Origin: Octopus sinensis
Lineage: Eukaryota
Assembly: GCF_006345805.1 (NCBI RefSeq)
Contig: NW_021832996.1
Location: 1-57,809 of the forward strand
DNA: 57,809 bases
Direction of reading: 5' to 3'
The notes under the pieces: generated by a model
Databases searched by the model: none
What the model saw: only the letters and a program-made list of their open reading frames with translations
Told to the model about the DNA's origin: nothing
Shown: positions 41,026 to 54,847 of the stretch, piece by piece
Position numbering within the stretch: position 1 is the stretch's first letter
How the letters are laid out: each line of letters begins with the position of its first letter
Made by a program: the position numbers and the translations under genes

Positions 41026-41202
41026 TGATAGATAGATAGATAGATTCCTAGTTACATTTTGTCCGTCTTTACGTTACGCGTTTGACTTTCCTTTTTATTC
41101 CTTCATGGTCGATAAAACGAGTACCAGTTGTACACTGGCGTCGATTTAATAGACTACTCTCTTCCTCCATAATTGCTGGCGTTGCCCCAAAACTTGAAAC
41201 CA

Positions 41203-41240
<38 letters not shown>

Positions 41241-41241
41241 T

Positions 41242-44200
41242 ATGTTTGACTTTTGCTTTTATATTGTACAAGTTGGCTCCAAGTCTCCACCCAGAGACCT
41301 CAAGAGACACCAGGGTTGGAAGTTCATGTTTTGTTATTATGCCTAGTGTGCCAATATTTGGGGGGTGGGGATGTTGTACTAATGAATTTCTAAAAAAAAA
41401 AAAAAAAAAGTTTTTTTTTTTTTTTTAAACCGAAAATTATGGTTGTTTTAAACCTTGAGGTTACATAGAGAGTATTTTGCGTAGGATATGAGCAGTTCCC
41501 ATGAGCACTATCTTTTGAACTTCTGCTATTTTTGGGTTTCATGGTATCTGAGTAGGTAGCTATCAGCCCCTTTTGCTATCATTCCCAGGGCACCTATGAC
41601 AACAGGTATTGTTTTAGTCTCAGCTTCACATTTGCTGATTTCTATTTCAAGATCTTTATATTTGCTCAGTTTTGGTAGGTCCTGACAGATACGTTTATAT
41701 CGATTGGGACAGTCATATCAATGAGGAGGCATGTTCTTTGTTTGAAGTCTTTCAATATGATGTCTGGCCTATTTGCATCTATCTTCTGTCAGTTTGAATG
41801 GTGAAGTTCCAGAGGAGTGAGATGTGGTCATTTTCAAGCACTGGGGGTGGTTTGTGTTCCCACCAGTTTTTTTTCATGGGGCAAATCCAGGTTTTTACAG
41901 ATTACCCAGTGAATATATTGTGCAGCTATCGTGCCTGTTGAGATACTCTGTAGGCGCTAGAAGACTGCACTTGGAGACCACATGGTCAATGGTTTCATTT
42001 TGTTGCTGGCATACACGACACGTTGGACTGCTTCTGATCTTTAATATGTTGGCCTGGTAGTTTCTTGTTGGTAGGCATTGATCTTGAGCTGCTATGATAA
42101 ACCCCTCTGTTTCAGATTTTAAGCCAGAGGCCATTAGCCATTGATGGGTCAGGGCTTTGTCGATATCTGCATTATTCGCTCTCTTTGGGTATTTGCCATA
42201 GAGAGGTTTTTCTTGCCATTTATTATTCAGAATATCTAAGGCCGCAGTTTTGGCACGGGTTTTCATGCGCCTAGCTTTTTCTGTGGCTTGTTCTTGTATG
42301 TCTATCTCTAATTCCGAAATTGGTTGTATTCGGAATTCACTTAGATATTCCTTTGCCTGTTTTGTGACTGAGTATGATGCTTTCTTTTCATGTTTTGAGA
42401 CAAGTTTTAACATCCAGTCCTCAGAGTTTTTCAGGTAGGTGTCTAGGCCAATTGTAGCAATCTCATTGTTATTGCCAGTTGCAAAAGACCACGGCCTCCC
42501 TCTTTTCTTGGCAGATAGTCGTTCTGTATCTGCCTTAGGGTGGTTTGCATTCTATGCATTGTCAACAGTTCCTTATTTTTCTGTCGAGCTGACATATTTC
42601 AGTAATTGACCAGTTAACAATATTGAAAAGTAACTCACGACTGGTATAGCTAATGCATTGATTGCTTCGATCTGTTTCTCTTGCATTCAGCTCTGTCTTG
42701 AGTATTGCTCTCACTCTTCGATAGCATTCTCTCCTGATCTTTCCTTCATCTCTGAATGCCTTATTCCGTTCCTTCAATTACCCCTAGGTACTTGTAGCTC
42801 TCCGCTGGGTCTAGTTCTTTTATGACATTCTGTTGGTCAAGGTTAACGTTAGATGTTTCTGTCATTTTTCCTTTGATAAAGGTAGCCTTTGCACATTTAT
42901 CGAGGCCGAATTGCATTCTGATGTCGTCACTGAATTGTTTGACTATCGCTAGTAAGCCTTGAGTTGTTGATTGTTGATCATTTTTTGCAAAAAGCTTTAA
43001 ATCATCCATGTAAACGAGATGATTATATTTTTATCAAACATTTTATACCCGTACTGCGCGTCATTGAGCAGCTTTGAGAGAGGTATTAAGGATAAACAAA
43101 AGAGGAGTGGTGACAGTGAGTCACCCTGGAAAATGCCACACGAAATTTTACATCACCAGCATTTAGGGATTCACTGTCACTGTTCAGAGTTAGTGTGGTT
43201 CTCCCATGATCTCATACTTACAGTCAAGAAGTTTCGCAGAGTTGGTGCTATCTATACATTTCAAGGCATTTCCTAATCCAGCTATGTGGTAGGCTATCAA
43301 AAGCCTTTTTATAGTCTATCCAGACTATTGATAAGTTTTTTGTTGTCGTTTGTGACAATCTTCTAAGATCATCTTATTGATGAGTAGTTGGTCTTTACAG
43401 CCGTAGGATCCACGTTTACATCCTTTCTGTTCATTAGGGAATATGCTGCGTCTGTTAAAAACTATAGGTATATTCCGTCCAGGACAGATGTTAGTGTTTT
43501 GTACATAGTTGTTAAGCAGGTTATGGGTCTATAGTTTTTTGGTTCATTTGTTTCTTCACTTTTTGGAAGCAGGAATGTTAACCCATTAACTAGCAAGGAG
43601 GCATCCTACTAGGGTGTTGCAAAACATCATTGTACAGTTTGTTAGCAGTTCAGTCATGCTCTCTGGGAAGCCATTCAGCAGAAGTTAGGAATTTTATCCT
43701 TTCCTGGAGACTTCCATTTGCTTGACCTCCTGAGAGCAGATCTTATATCTTCTTACCTTGACACCCTCCCACTTTTGCTCTTCTAAGGGGTCCAGTTCTG
43801 TAGATATTCTGTCAATCCAGGGGGCCTTTTCGTTGTGTGTTTTTTCTTCTGCCCAGATTTTATTCCAAAATCTCTGCACTTCTTCTTTTGATGGTACAGA
43901 CCCTGCTGTAAACGCTGTTTTTCCTATCTTCCTGTAAAAATTCTTGGTGTTATTTTTGAACATTGTGTTGTCCTCGAAAAATCTAACACGCTTTTCATAC
44001 CTCGCTATGCGGGCAGCTTTGGCAGATACCTTTTGTTTGATGGTTTCTATGGTGGCATCAATATCAAGTATAGTTTTCTATTGTATTTTTTCAGTAATTT
44101 TGGGGTTTTGTAGGTTTGGTAGTCTTGTGAGCCTTAAGGTTTTTCAAAATTCAATGTCAGATCTAAATACTTTATTGGTTGTTGCAGGACGCTCTTGCCA

Positions 44201-45114
44201 AGAAGGCTTTTTGTGGGACTGTTGCCGTTTTCTAATCTTTACACCACATAGGATCGTTGAGATTTTCGCGGATGCATAGTATAGGTGGTTGAGGTTGTGA
44301 TATCAACATCATTAACTGAAATTATATCCTTAAGTGCAAGCCGGATTTTACCAATTATTTTCATGTTTTGGTTAGAGTTGCGGATTTTAGGAAGTGTATC
44401 ACGCTCATCCATGCTGGTTTCTTTAATTTTCAGCCATTTCAATCATGATTTGATTTTTTAGCTCATGTAGTTCTGTTGGGTCAATATTTTGTGTGACTTC
44501 TTTATCTATTTGATGCTCATCTGTCTTAGTGTTTATGATTGGTTCAGGGCGTATTTCACTTTGCCTATCACTTATACTAACTCTTTCAATCCTCTCTTCG
44601 TTTTTATCCGCCCTGGGCTGGTCTATAATCATTTCCTCTGTATTATCTTCTCTAGCTGCAGCTTCGTTCATTTTTATCCGATATTGCTTGTCTAACCTGA
44701 TCAATCTCTACTTCAGTCAGTAATTTCTTTTTTATAATGTTTTCTTTAACATTGGCAGCTTGTTGTTGTCTATGTAGGGTCTTACTTCAGGGTGTTTCTG
44801 TCTCCAGTTTAAGTATGCTTGTACAGTGCTAGACTTATCTGTGGGGAAATATATGGCATGGTAGAAGGCCTCAAGAACTTCTTTATTATCTTCCCTAGAC
44901 CATTTTTCCTCTTTTTCTTTTGATTATTTGGTGATGAGCATGGATGGCCATCTGTTGGAATATTCCGGTTGTGGGGTTCGTCCAGCTCCTGGTGGGGAGA
45001 TTTGATCCAGTAATGATTTTTCAATCAGGATTTGGTTCAATTTTCGGGTACGTGGTCTTTTGTAATCCGCGCAATGACCAGTGCGGTTTATTGTTTGATT
45101 TGTTGACCTTAAGC
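41242..45114 (-). mobile_element. Near full-length R4/Dong-clade non-LTR retrotransposon (restriction-like endonuclease), many frameshifts, flanked by (TAA)n
   Basis: N-terminal WSREDNKEVLEAFY; [19 protein letters not shown]; WIDYKKAFDSLP; GIFQGDSLSPLLF; YMDDLKLFA; CRVCQQQNETIDHVVSKC; RPDIILKD..CLLIDMTVP; GTAHILRKILSM* (stop 41463-41461). Confidence 0.9.
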
Positions 45115-45169
45115 ATTATTATTATTATTATTATATTATATTATTATTATTATATTTATTATATTATTA

Positions 45170-45200
<31 letters not shown>

Positions 45201-45202
<2 letters not shown>

Positions 45203-45545
45203 TGTTTGACTTTTGCTTTACATTTGTACAAGTTGGCTCCAAGTTTCACCAAGAGACCTCAAGAGACAACAAGTTGGAAGTTCATGTTGGTGTTATGCCT
45301 AGTGTGCCATATATTTGGTTTTGTATTTAGTGTTGTACTGGTGAATGTCTAAAAAAAACCGAAAATTATGTTTGTTTTAAAATATGAGATTACATAGAAA
45401 GTATTTTGTGTAGGATATGAGCAGTTCCCATGAGCACTATCTTTTGAATTTTTGCCATTTTGGGGATTCCTGGTATCTGAGTTAGGTAGCAATCAACCCC
45501 TTTTGCTATCATTCCCAGGTCACCTATGACAACATGTATTGTTTT
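45201..45545 (-). mobile_element. 5'-truncated copy of the same R4/Dong family, in tandem
   Basis: 3' UTR and C-terminus align with 41242-41610; 3' end abuts (TAA)n. Confidence 0.9.
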
Positions 45546-45913
45546 CTTCTTCTTCTTCTTCTTCTTCTTCTTCTTCTTCTTCTTCTTCTTCTTCTTCTTT
45601 TTCTTCTTTTTTTCTTCTTCTTCTTCTTCCTCTTCTTCTTTTCCTTTATCTTTTCTCTTTCTTTTTCTTCTTTTTCTTCTTCTTCTTCTTCTTCCCCTTC
45701 TCCTTCTTTTCCTTTGTCTTTTCTCTTTCTTTTTCTTCTTCTTCTTCTTCTTCTTCTTTTTCTTATTTCATCTTCTTCTTCTTCTTCTTATTATTATCAT
45801 TTGTTGTTGTTGTTGTTGTTGTTATTATTATGATTATGATTATGATTATCATTATCATTATTATTATTATTATTGTTATTATTATTGTTATTGTTATTAT
45901 TATTAGTTATATA

Positions 45914-45970
<57 letters not shown>

Positions 45971-46245
45971 CATTATTATTATTATTAGTGGCATTGCTTA
46001 TCATTTCCTTCAGTTTTCCATTTTTTGAATATTTCAAAATAAACTTTTCCTTTCCTATTTTAAAAATCTTTATTCTTACACTCGCTTCCTCGCCTCCTTC
46101 CCCCTCTTTCTCTATACTCTTTATTGCTCCATCTCTCTCATCCTCTTTCTCTTGACTCATTGTTCTTTCTCTCTCTCTCAGATATTTTTTGTCTTTCTTT
46201 CATATATACTCCAATTATTATTTTGACATAGGATTAATATATATT

Positions 46246-46290
<45 letters not shown>

Positions 46291-46597
46291 TGTATATATA
46301 CCTATACATATGAATATATATGCATATATATATGTATATATATGTAGATATATATATATATATACGTATGTATATGTGTATGTGAGAGTGTATTTGTGTT
46401 TTCGATTTTATGTCTTATAAATACTACAAATATAGTATGCGCAATTTGGGCTTGTATGTATGTATACATACATAGGCATATACATACTCACACACACACG
46501 CGCACATATATATATGTATATACATATATATATATATATATGCGTGTGTATATATATATATGTATAAAATATATACATATAGATATATATATATACA

Positions 46598-46634
<37 letters not shown>

Positions 46635-46654
46635 CATATATATATATATATATA

Positions 46655-46697
<43 letters not shown>

Positions 46698-47142
46698 CAC
46701 ACAACACATACACACACACACCACCACCACCACCAAAAGTGTATCGTATATGACTTTTATTTCTGGCTGAAATTTTGACTACAGAATTTAAATAGAATAC
46801 AAGATAATATAAATGTACTTTTTATTACTTTTGCTCTTGTTATTTCATTGAATCATTTTAATATTTTGTTTTTAATCTGAATCGTTTTAAATATCATATC
46901 TTTGGCGCTACAAAATCGATCTCCTCCCTCCCGCCCCACCAAAAAAAGGACTTCTCCGTGCCCACACCGTTACACACACATGTATGTATGTATATATATA
47001 TATACATATACATACTTACACAGACATAGACACACTGATACGGCAAAATAAGCGAATATTGTATAATTGTGGAATTCAAAAGACAAGTTATGGAACGAAA
47101 GCATTGAAAGGTTGTTTTGTTATTAAGACAAAGAGGAACCAA

Positions 47143-47207
<65 letters not shown>

Positions 47208-47385
47208 TGATGATGATGATATGCAAACATATAAAATATAATGATATTACGAAAGAATCACAAACATCTCATTCAATCTGAATAAAATACTGCTAAAAGG
47301 GTTCGGCTATATTTATCTTGGAGTAAAACATGCATTATTATAAACTGTAATTACCGATGCAATCAGAGTAGTACATTAGTAATAC

Positions 47386-47555
47386 TATTCGTGGATTTGG
47401 TGATGGAGAGGATTTAACAGAATTGCTGCGTTTAGATGCCACCGTATCGATCTGAATTGAAATCCTTCTTTTTCTTTTTTGATTTTTTTGGGTGGGAATT
47501 TGGTGGTAAGTGCAACCCTCAGATCTTCAATCGCTTCATAACGAACTTTTGTCGA
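47386..47555 (-). CDS. Candidate exon RYEAIEDLRVALTTKFPPKKIKKEKEGFQFRSIRWHLNAAILLNPLHHQIHE, product unknown
   Basis: 73 stop-free codons in AT-rich DNA; possible donor GTATTA at 47385. A competing plus-strand 96-nt intron-like segment (47507-47602) exists. Confidence 0.3.
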
Positions 47556-47899
47556 GTAATAATTAAACAAAAGTACTCTTCTATTTGAACATTTTTTTAC
47601 AGATTATTTTGTCGACACCAAACTACACTAATACCTCCACCACCACCACCACCACCACGCACGGAAAATCCTTTTTTGTTTTCCTTCAATCATCACTCGA
47701 TACTTGGTTCATTCTGTCGTTTTTAGTTCAAATGATTCTTAGGATATTTTCTTCTTTATATTTCATTATTGTAATCCACAGAAATAAAAGTTGATTGTGA
47801 GTAAATACTTGTGACTTAGCTGGAGTCCTCGATTGTTTTTCCTTATTAAAATATTGCCTTATGAAACAGTTTCATTCTATCTGAATAACTCTGTATATA

Positions 47900-48100
47900 G
47901 TTGAAATTTACAGAAAAACGAAAGACGAAGACAGGTGTATAAACAAAAAACAGGTGTATTAGTTTGACGCTCGAGAAGGTGAGAAAATCTTTTACGTTTC
48001 GAGCCTACGCTCTTCAACAGAAAGGAGCACGAGGAAATAAACAGAGAGAGAGAATAAAAAGAGAGAAAATAAATTGTGAGAAAATAATAAAACTCATGGT
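47900..48100 (-). mobile_element. Penelope-like terminal fragment, second family, with hammerhead-like motif
   Basis: Minus strand ctgttgaagagcgtaggctcgaaacgt...gagcgtc; ends ttcaac then tatata. Confidence 0.5.
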
Positions 48101-48306
48101 GACTGTATAAATATATATATATATATATATACAAAATGAGAAAATGGACAAACATACCTAAATCAATCATCAACCATCAGATAATACCCAATCAATACTT
48201 TATTAAGCCATTACACAACAGCAATGACATAGTTGGTACCTCTCTAGTAGTATATTGGATATATGTTATCCCATGGAGGGTTGAATTTACAACCCCTATC
48301 TCATTA

Positions 48307-48382
<76 letters not shown>

Positions 48383-48474
48383 TTAAAAATATTCAATAAG
48401 AATATTATATACTGAATGTTATTGTATCAAAGTATCAATACTATTGAAGTATTTCAAGATTCAATATGAGCGAT

Positions 48475-48522
<48 letters not shown>

Positions 48523-49638
48523 ATATATATATATATATATAAACTCGCCGTCTCGAGCAACTCTATAGAAATACCGGTTGTTGCTTGAGCTACAAGAAGG
48601 GGCCATTTAATTTGAACCCGAAGCTGAGACTACTGTACGTCGCCTTCGTCGTCGTCGTCGTCATCATCTTCATCATCATCATCACCATCATCACCATCAG
48701 CATTGCCATCGTCACATCAACATCACCATCATTGCCACCACCACCACCACAACCACCATCAAAAACAACACCAATAATTATAGTAAGCTTAATAGCTAAA
48801 GCAAGCTGCAACTATAACAGCAGTAACTATAGCAACAATAAGTACAGTAGTCGTAATAGAATATGCAAATATGAAAATATCATAACGTGAAATCCTAAGT
48901 TTGTGATACAAGACAAAATCTTAAACGAAATATTTCTAATTAATTAATATATTCTGTGTTTTATTTCTCTTTGAAATGAAAAGTTTAATCTTTGATTGTA
49001 ACAAGATTGAACAGATTGTACTAATGATAAAAGACTAATGAGTTGAGAGGTCAATTCGACATCTGTAACATGTCTGCAACACGTCTGTGCCACATCTGGC
49101 CTACGTCTGGGCTATATCTGTCATTATCTCTGTACTATGTTATATATAGTAAATCTATCTTTACGACCTTCTTTCAGTTATTTAGAATGATTTCAGTATG
49201 TATGTATGTATGTATGTATGTATGTATGTATGTATGTATGTATGTATGTATGTATGTATGTATGTATGTATGTACGTATGTATGTATGTACGTGTGCATG
49301 ATTTCAGCCAGCTATATATTGTCAGATAAATTCGCTCGTTCTTTTTTTGTCATTGTTTATGTTAATCCTTTGCAAATTTATTGGATTTATGTGGAAAAAT
49401 ATTTGTACCGCTGCGTTTTATGCCATTTTGCAATTCTATTCTTCATCTACAACATTTCTTTTATCGTTTTAGAAATTTGAGTAAAATTTATTCCTCTTTC
49501 AGATATCACGATGGGGTGTCAAGTCGAAATAACTTGAACAAACGAATTTATCTGTCAACCCCAAACAATTCCTGAAGCATGGTAAATCAGGGGGTTCGGG
49601 GCGCAGTCATTCGTTGGATATAAATTCCCCTTCAGTTG

Positions 49639-49831
49639 GAGTAAAGATTGTTTGCCAGCATAAAATGGCAGTTCTGGTTTAGGACGAATGTTGCTGTAAT
49701 TTAGCCCCACGAGACATCGTCTCCAGCTGGCTATACGACACGATCTGGAGACGATTCTCCTGAGGCTAAATTACAGCAACATTCGTCCTAAACCAGAACT
49801 GCCATGTTATGTTGGCAAACAGTCTTTACTC
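49639..49831. repeat. Inverted repeat, ~88-bp arms, 18-nt loop
   Basis: gagtaaagattgtttgcc...atcgtctccag versus ctggagacgat...ggcaaacagtctttactc. Confidence 0.92.
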
Positions 49832-50302
49832 TAAAGTACTGTTGCTGAATATCTCTGGTTGTGAGATTTAAAAATAGTAATTTTCTAATCTTCTTCAGTT
49901 GTCCCGATATCTGTTAGGCCCCTGAAGCAAGGTAATAAATAAGAAAAGAAAATCAAGCTGACGGTACGCAAATCTTCCTCACTTTAATCAAAATCGTCGC
50001 GCAAGTCATCAGTCATTCCTCTACCAATCACTCGTGTACGGCCACATAGCATATAACTGATATCATCAACTTAGGGTCAGATAGCCTTACTATCTGACCT
50101 TACTACACAGTCTGTGACTGGGAAATACCACCATTTCCGTCGCTTAGGACGCTTAGGACGCACGACGGGTGGAGTAGAAGCAGGAGCATTTGAAGTTCTC
50201 ATGTAAATGGCAGTCGATCAGAGATCTCGATGGATTAATGTCTGTCTGTCTGTCTGTATGTATGCACGTGTATAATGTACGCATGTTTGTGTGGTTGTGT
50301 GG

Positions 50303-50337
<35 letters not shown>

Positions 50338-50437
50338 ATATGCGTGAATGTAAGGACAAGCATATTAGTCAAGTCAAAGTACAAAAAGTATTAAATCCAT
50401 TTAAAACATGGAATGTACATATATACACATATAAAGA

Positions 50438-50842
50438 AAGTCCGCCTTACACAGAAAGGAAATGATATCAGGAATTAAGGGGGCTTAATAGGAATTTTAC
50501 GACTCCAATATCTGTTTCTGTGAGCTTCATGGCCCAAAATAATGCTTGTAACTTGATTCCATCATCGGAAATACCATCAGCTTCCGTCTTCAGGGAAGAA
50601 TTTTACATTTGAGGTTTAACAGAATGGAGATTAAAGAGGAAGCTTTAATCTCCATTCTGTCAAAACCTCAAATGTAAAATTCTTCCCTGAAGACGGAAGC
50701 TGATGGTATTTCCGATGATGGAATCAAGTTACAAGCATTATTTTGGATCACCAAGCTCCCAGAAACAGCTGTTAGACTCGTAAAACACCTACTCAGACAC
50801 CTTAATTCTCGTTATCATTTTCTTTATGCGTAAGTCGGCTTA
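50438..50842. repeat. Long palindrome, ~200-bp arms, 6-nt loop (50637-50642)
   Basis: Inner ~100 bp of the arms is nearly perfect; outer parts are visibly diverged. Confidence 0.92.
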
Positions 50843-51020
50843 TTTTAATATACATACATATGCACATTTTTTGTATTATATAATTTTATATTTTTGTATA
50901 CCAATTTGCCTAACTTGCTTGTCTTTGCATTTACTCCTCTATCTACTCAAGTTCAAATCTCTTTGAGCACTATTTGTATTCTATATAGAGAATATCCATC
51001 TCCAACCTCTCTCACTCTTT

Positions 51021-51165
<145 letters not shown>

Positions 51166-51219
51166 ACGTCTTGCAAACATATATAATATATATATATATA
51201 TAATATATATATATATATA

Positions 51220-51292
<73 letters not shown>

Positions 51293-52941
51293 CATATATA
51301 TATGTGTGTATGAATATACATATATATGTTATTATATTCTGTTTAAGAAATTGTGAAAATAAGGATCCACGATTTTTCCGTGTTCCTGTGTCAAAGTCCA
51401 ACCGTTGTTACTCAGTCCTAACCTCATTCAACAGTGTGGGTATGTCTAACCCCACCCCAGCTTACCATAAAATATATTTCAAACCACTCACACTACAAGG
51501 ACAAATCTTGCTATCGAAGCTAACATCACAGGAAGATTTGAACTGAAGTAAATAATCTAAAAAATATAAAAAAATAGTCTTTAATGCCAGTATTGGTACG
51601 CGTTGGTCTCAGGCGGTTCTGGTTTGAGGTAGCTATTTGCACCAATGCAAATGGTTCTCATTTCGTAGTTGGCATCAATGCAAAATGTTGATTACTTTTT
51701 CCTACACTTTAACGCTTTATCTTTTATTTTTTAAATCTTTTACTTGTTTCAGTCATTAGACTGTGGCCATGCCGTGGCACCAACTTGAAGAATTTTAGTC
51801 GAACGAGTCGAGCCTACTACATAATTTTTTAAAGCCGGGTAACTTATTCTATCAGTCTCTCTTGTCGAATGGCTAAGATACAAGGGCGTAAACACACAAA
51901 CACCGGTTCTCTTGTACTTATGTAGGACAAACACTGCCAAAAGTAAACTTTGCCAAGCTGAAACTCAGTTGAAGGCCAAGGATCAGCTTTAAATTCAGTG
52001 GCGTTTTTGAATCTTTAACTTAAAAAACAATATTTTCACAACGACCAGACGTTTGTGTTAAATGAAAGTACTTTTTAGCGTCAATATGGATAGAAAATGC
52101 GGAAGTGAATTCTTTGAAGTTGAAATTTAAGTATTGGAATATGGCAGACGTTCTTTTTCGTTCTGTCTTTAATTTATTTGATATGTAATGGAACCGAAAA
52201 TGCCATTTTATTGAAAATTGTTGTGTGTGAAAATTGTTGCACGTGTGTGTGAGTGCGTTCGTGTGCATGCGTGTGCGTGCGTGTGTGCTTGAGTATGTGT
52301 GTGTATGTGTGCGTGTGTATGTGCGTGTGTGTGTGTGTGCGCGCGCACATGATCAAAAGAGAGATACAGACGTGTAAAGAAACACACACAGGCACTCATA
52401 CACACACATACACACACATGTATAAATAAATAGAGAAACAAAGAAAGTGAGAGAGAAAAGAGAGAGAGAGAGCGAGAGAGAGAGAGAGATGAAGTAAAAA
52501 GGGAAAGAAAAAAGATAGATAGATAGAAAGTGAGAGTAAGAGAGTAATAATTAACAGTAAAATAAATTTGTTAGCAATTGGTGTAAATTTAGTGGCAAAA
52601 TGGTTTTGCTTATTTTATGTTCAGCTCAGGAGATAAATTGGGTAAAACGAGGATTGTATTAATTTCAAAATTTACTAATTACCCAAAACTACTAATCGCA
52701 CTAACAAACCATATACTTAACTCTAAATCAACGAATATCATTAAGCAATGTTTATCTTCTTCTGATGAGGGGCTTTTACCAAACATTTCTATTATTTCGG
52801 CTCCAGGTTTTTGATACGAGCAAAGAAATTAAGTAATCTGGCTTAAACGACTGTACTTTCATTCAACTAAGTCACACTTGGTAGTCAATAGGAATTAGCT
52901 TCGAGTCGTTGTTCTTGCTATCATTATTATTATTATTATTA

Positions 52942-53003
<62 letters not shown>

Positions 53004-53672
53004 GCTTTTGCACAGCTTCTAACGCGGGAGGTTTACTACGGTGTCAGCTGTTCACTACCAGTGAACTAAGGTAACACCTCTTATATATCGAGCACCTTCC
53101 GGAGTATTCGAGCAGTTCCAAGCAGTGCTGGTTTCTGCAAGTGCTCCACCCTTATTGCAGCCCCTATTTGTTCCACGTACTTCTCTAGATTATTATTCAC
53201 CGTTCCCAGGGCTCCGACAATTATTGGTACTACTGCTACCTTTTTCATCGAACACAGCTGCTTAACCTCCCAAGCTAACCTGTCATATCTCTCGACATTT
53301 CTTTCTTCCTTATCGCATATCTTGTTTTCAGCTGAGCATGCTATGTCTATGATCCAGCATAGTTTGCTTTCTTTCTCAATTAAGACTATGTCCGGCTTCC
53401 TATTCTCTATCTCATGGTCGCACTGAATCATAAAATCCCATTGGATCTTTGCATTATCATTTTCAATGATGCCTTCAGGTTTGTGGTCGTATCAATTTTT
53501 TTCTCTATCAAAGCCATACTTGTTGCAAAGTGCCCAATGGACAAGCATGGCTATATTGTCGTGACGTCTCATATATTCACTCAGGGCTATTGGCGGACAT
53601 TGGCTGGTAATATGGCATACAGTTTCACCATTTTGTCCACAGATTCTGCACTTATCACTTTCTGGTGTGTTG
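53004..53672 (-). mobile_element. 5'-truncated R4/Dong-clade LINE of a second family (CCHC plus restriction-like endonuclease), (TAA)n on both sides
   Basis: CRICGQNGETVCHITSQC; RKPDIVLIEKESKLCWIIDIAC; GTARILRKVLDI* (53081). Confidence 0.9.
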
Positions 53673-53726
<54 letters not shown>

Positions 53727-54107
53727 GAGTGGGAGTGCGGCGCGTGCCATCAAAGTAACGTGGGTTATAGATATATGAAGCCCAGTATACCCATCATGAC
53801 CACTGTTTGATAAGGGTACAACAGGCTCATGCATCAACGCTATATATGCGCGACATGGTGATCCCATATCAAGATAAACAGCGCATGACCTTGCAGGTGG
53901 GGCCCAGTTAGGATTTATTCAGGTCGAGTATCCCATCCTACCATCCCACTCAAAATGTTCTTGAATTAGGGTTTTTAAGGATGATAAACAAAACGCCCAT
54001 GTTTCGAGAGGTGAATCATTGAAACTCCAAAGAATTCCTCCCGACACATGGCTATGATGCTCTTCCACTACGTCTGCTCGTGATCAGAGATGCACATGTC
54101 ATCAGCC
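53727..54107 (-). mobile_element. Unclassified retroposon with (AAT)n tail
   Basis: Homologous to 23184-23462. Confidence 0.7.
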
Positions 54108-54847
54108 TTGAACAGACCCGCTCAAGTAGTTAAGGTCAAGATAAAAATGTAGATTATTGGTGGGACTAAAAGATTAAAACAGCCACCATGTTTAAGCGCA
54201 ACTGAGCAGGTATTATATGGAATCAATATAAAATATATGCCCTGCTGTGGAACTCAGCTGCTATGAGGAGGCCAATGTGGTCAGAAAGATACAGTAGAAA
54301 GATGGCATCTATGGACCATTGATAAGGTATTGGCAAATCTAGAACCGAAGATACACGTTCAGCTTCATACTTATTATTGAAGCAACAGAATGTATACCAA
54401 CCCGTCTTGAATAAAATATGACTGCGCTCTTAATTTATGAGACCGAACTGGATTAATGAAGAGAGAATGCAACTCTTGAATAAATACGCTAGATAAATAT
54501 ATAATTCACATTAAATAACAGTTGGTAAACTTGGTTTTATATGTAAATGCCTGAGTGACAAGCTCGATAGTTTAAGGTGTAACAGAAACAGTAAATATAG
54601 TGAAGTCTTTTGATAAGTTTAAAATGTGGCATCCATTTTGTTATCTGCAAATGAACGATAAAGTTTTGTATCTCCGTTAGAAATCAGCTCTTTCCTTGCT
54701 GGAAATTTTTAATTATTAAAACCAGAAGAGACAAAAAACACATTCATACATGCATACTTACATCCATATCTACTTACATCGACACACGTATATTAATATG
54801 CTGCTTATGTACGCATGTAAATATATAAATGAATAACTAAATATATA

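Noticed and set aside
47433-47632. Plus-strand two-exon model MPPYRSELKSFFFFFDFFGWEFG-DYFVDTKLH*
   Set aside because: The intron signals are good, but the Phe run is better explained as the antisense of Lys/Glu codons in the longer minus-strand frame; unresolved.
52760-52790. ctgatgaggggcttttaccaaac as a hammerhead
   Set aside because: It lacks the G of GAAA and no stem I or III partner was found; possibly a decayed Penelope end.
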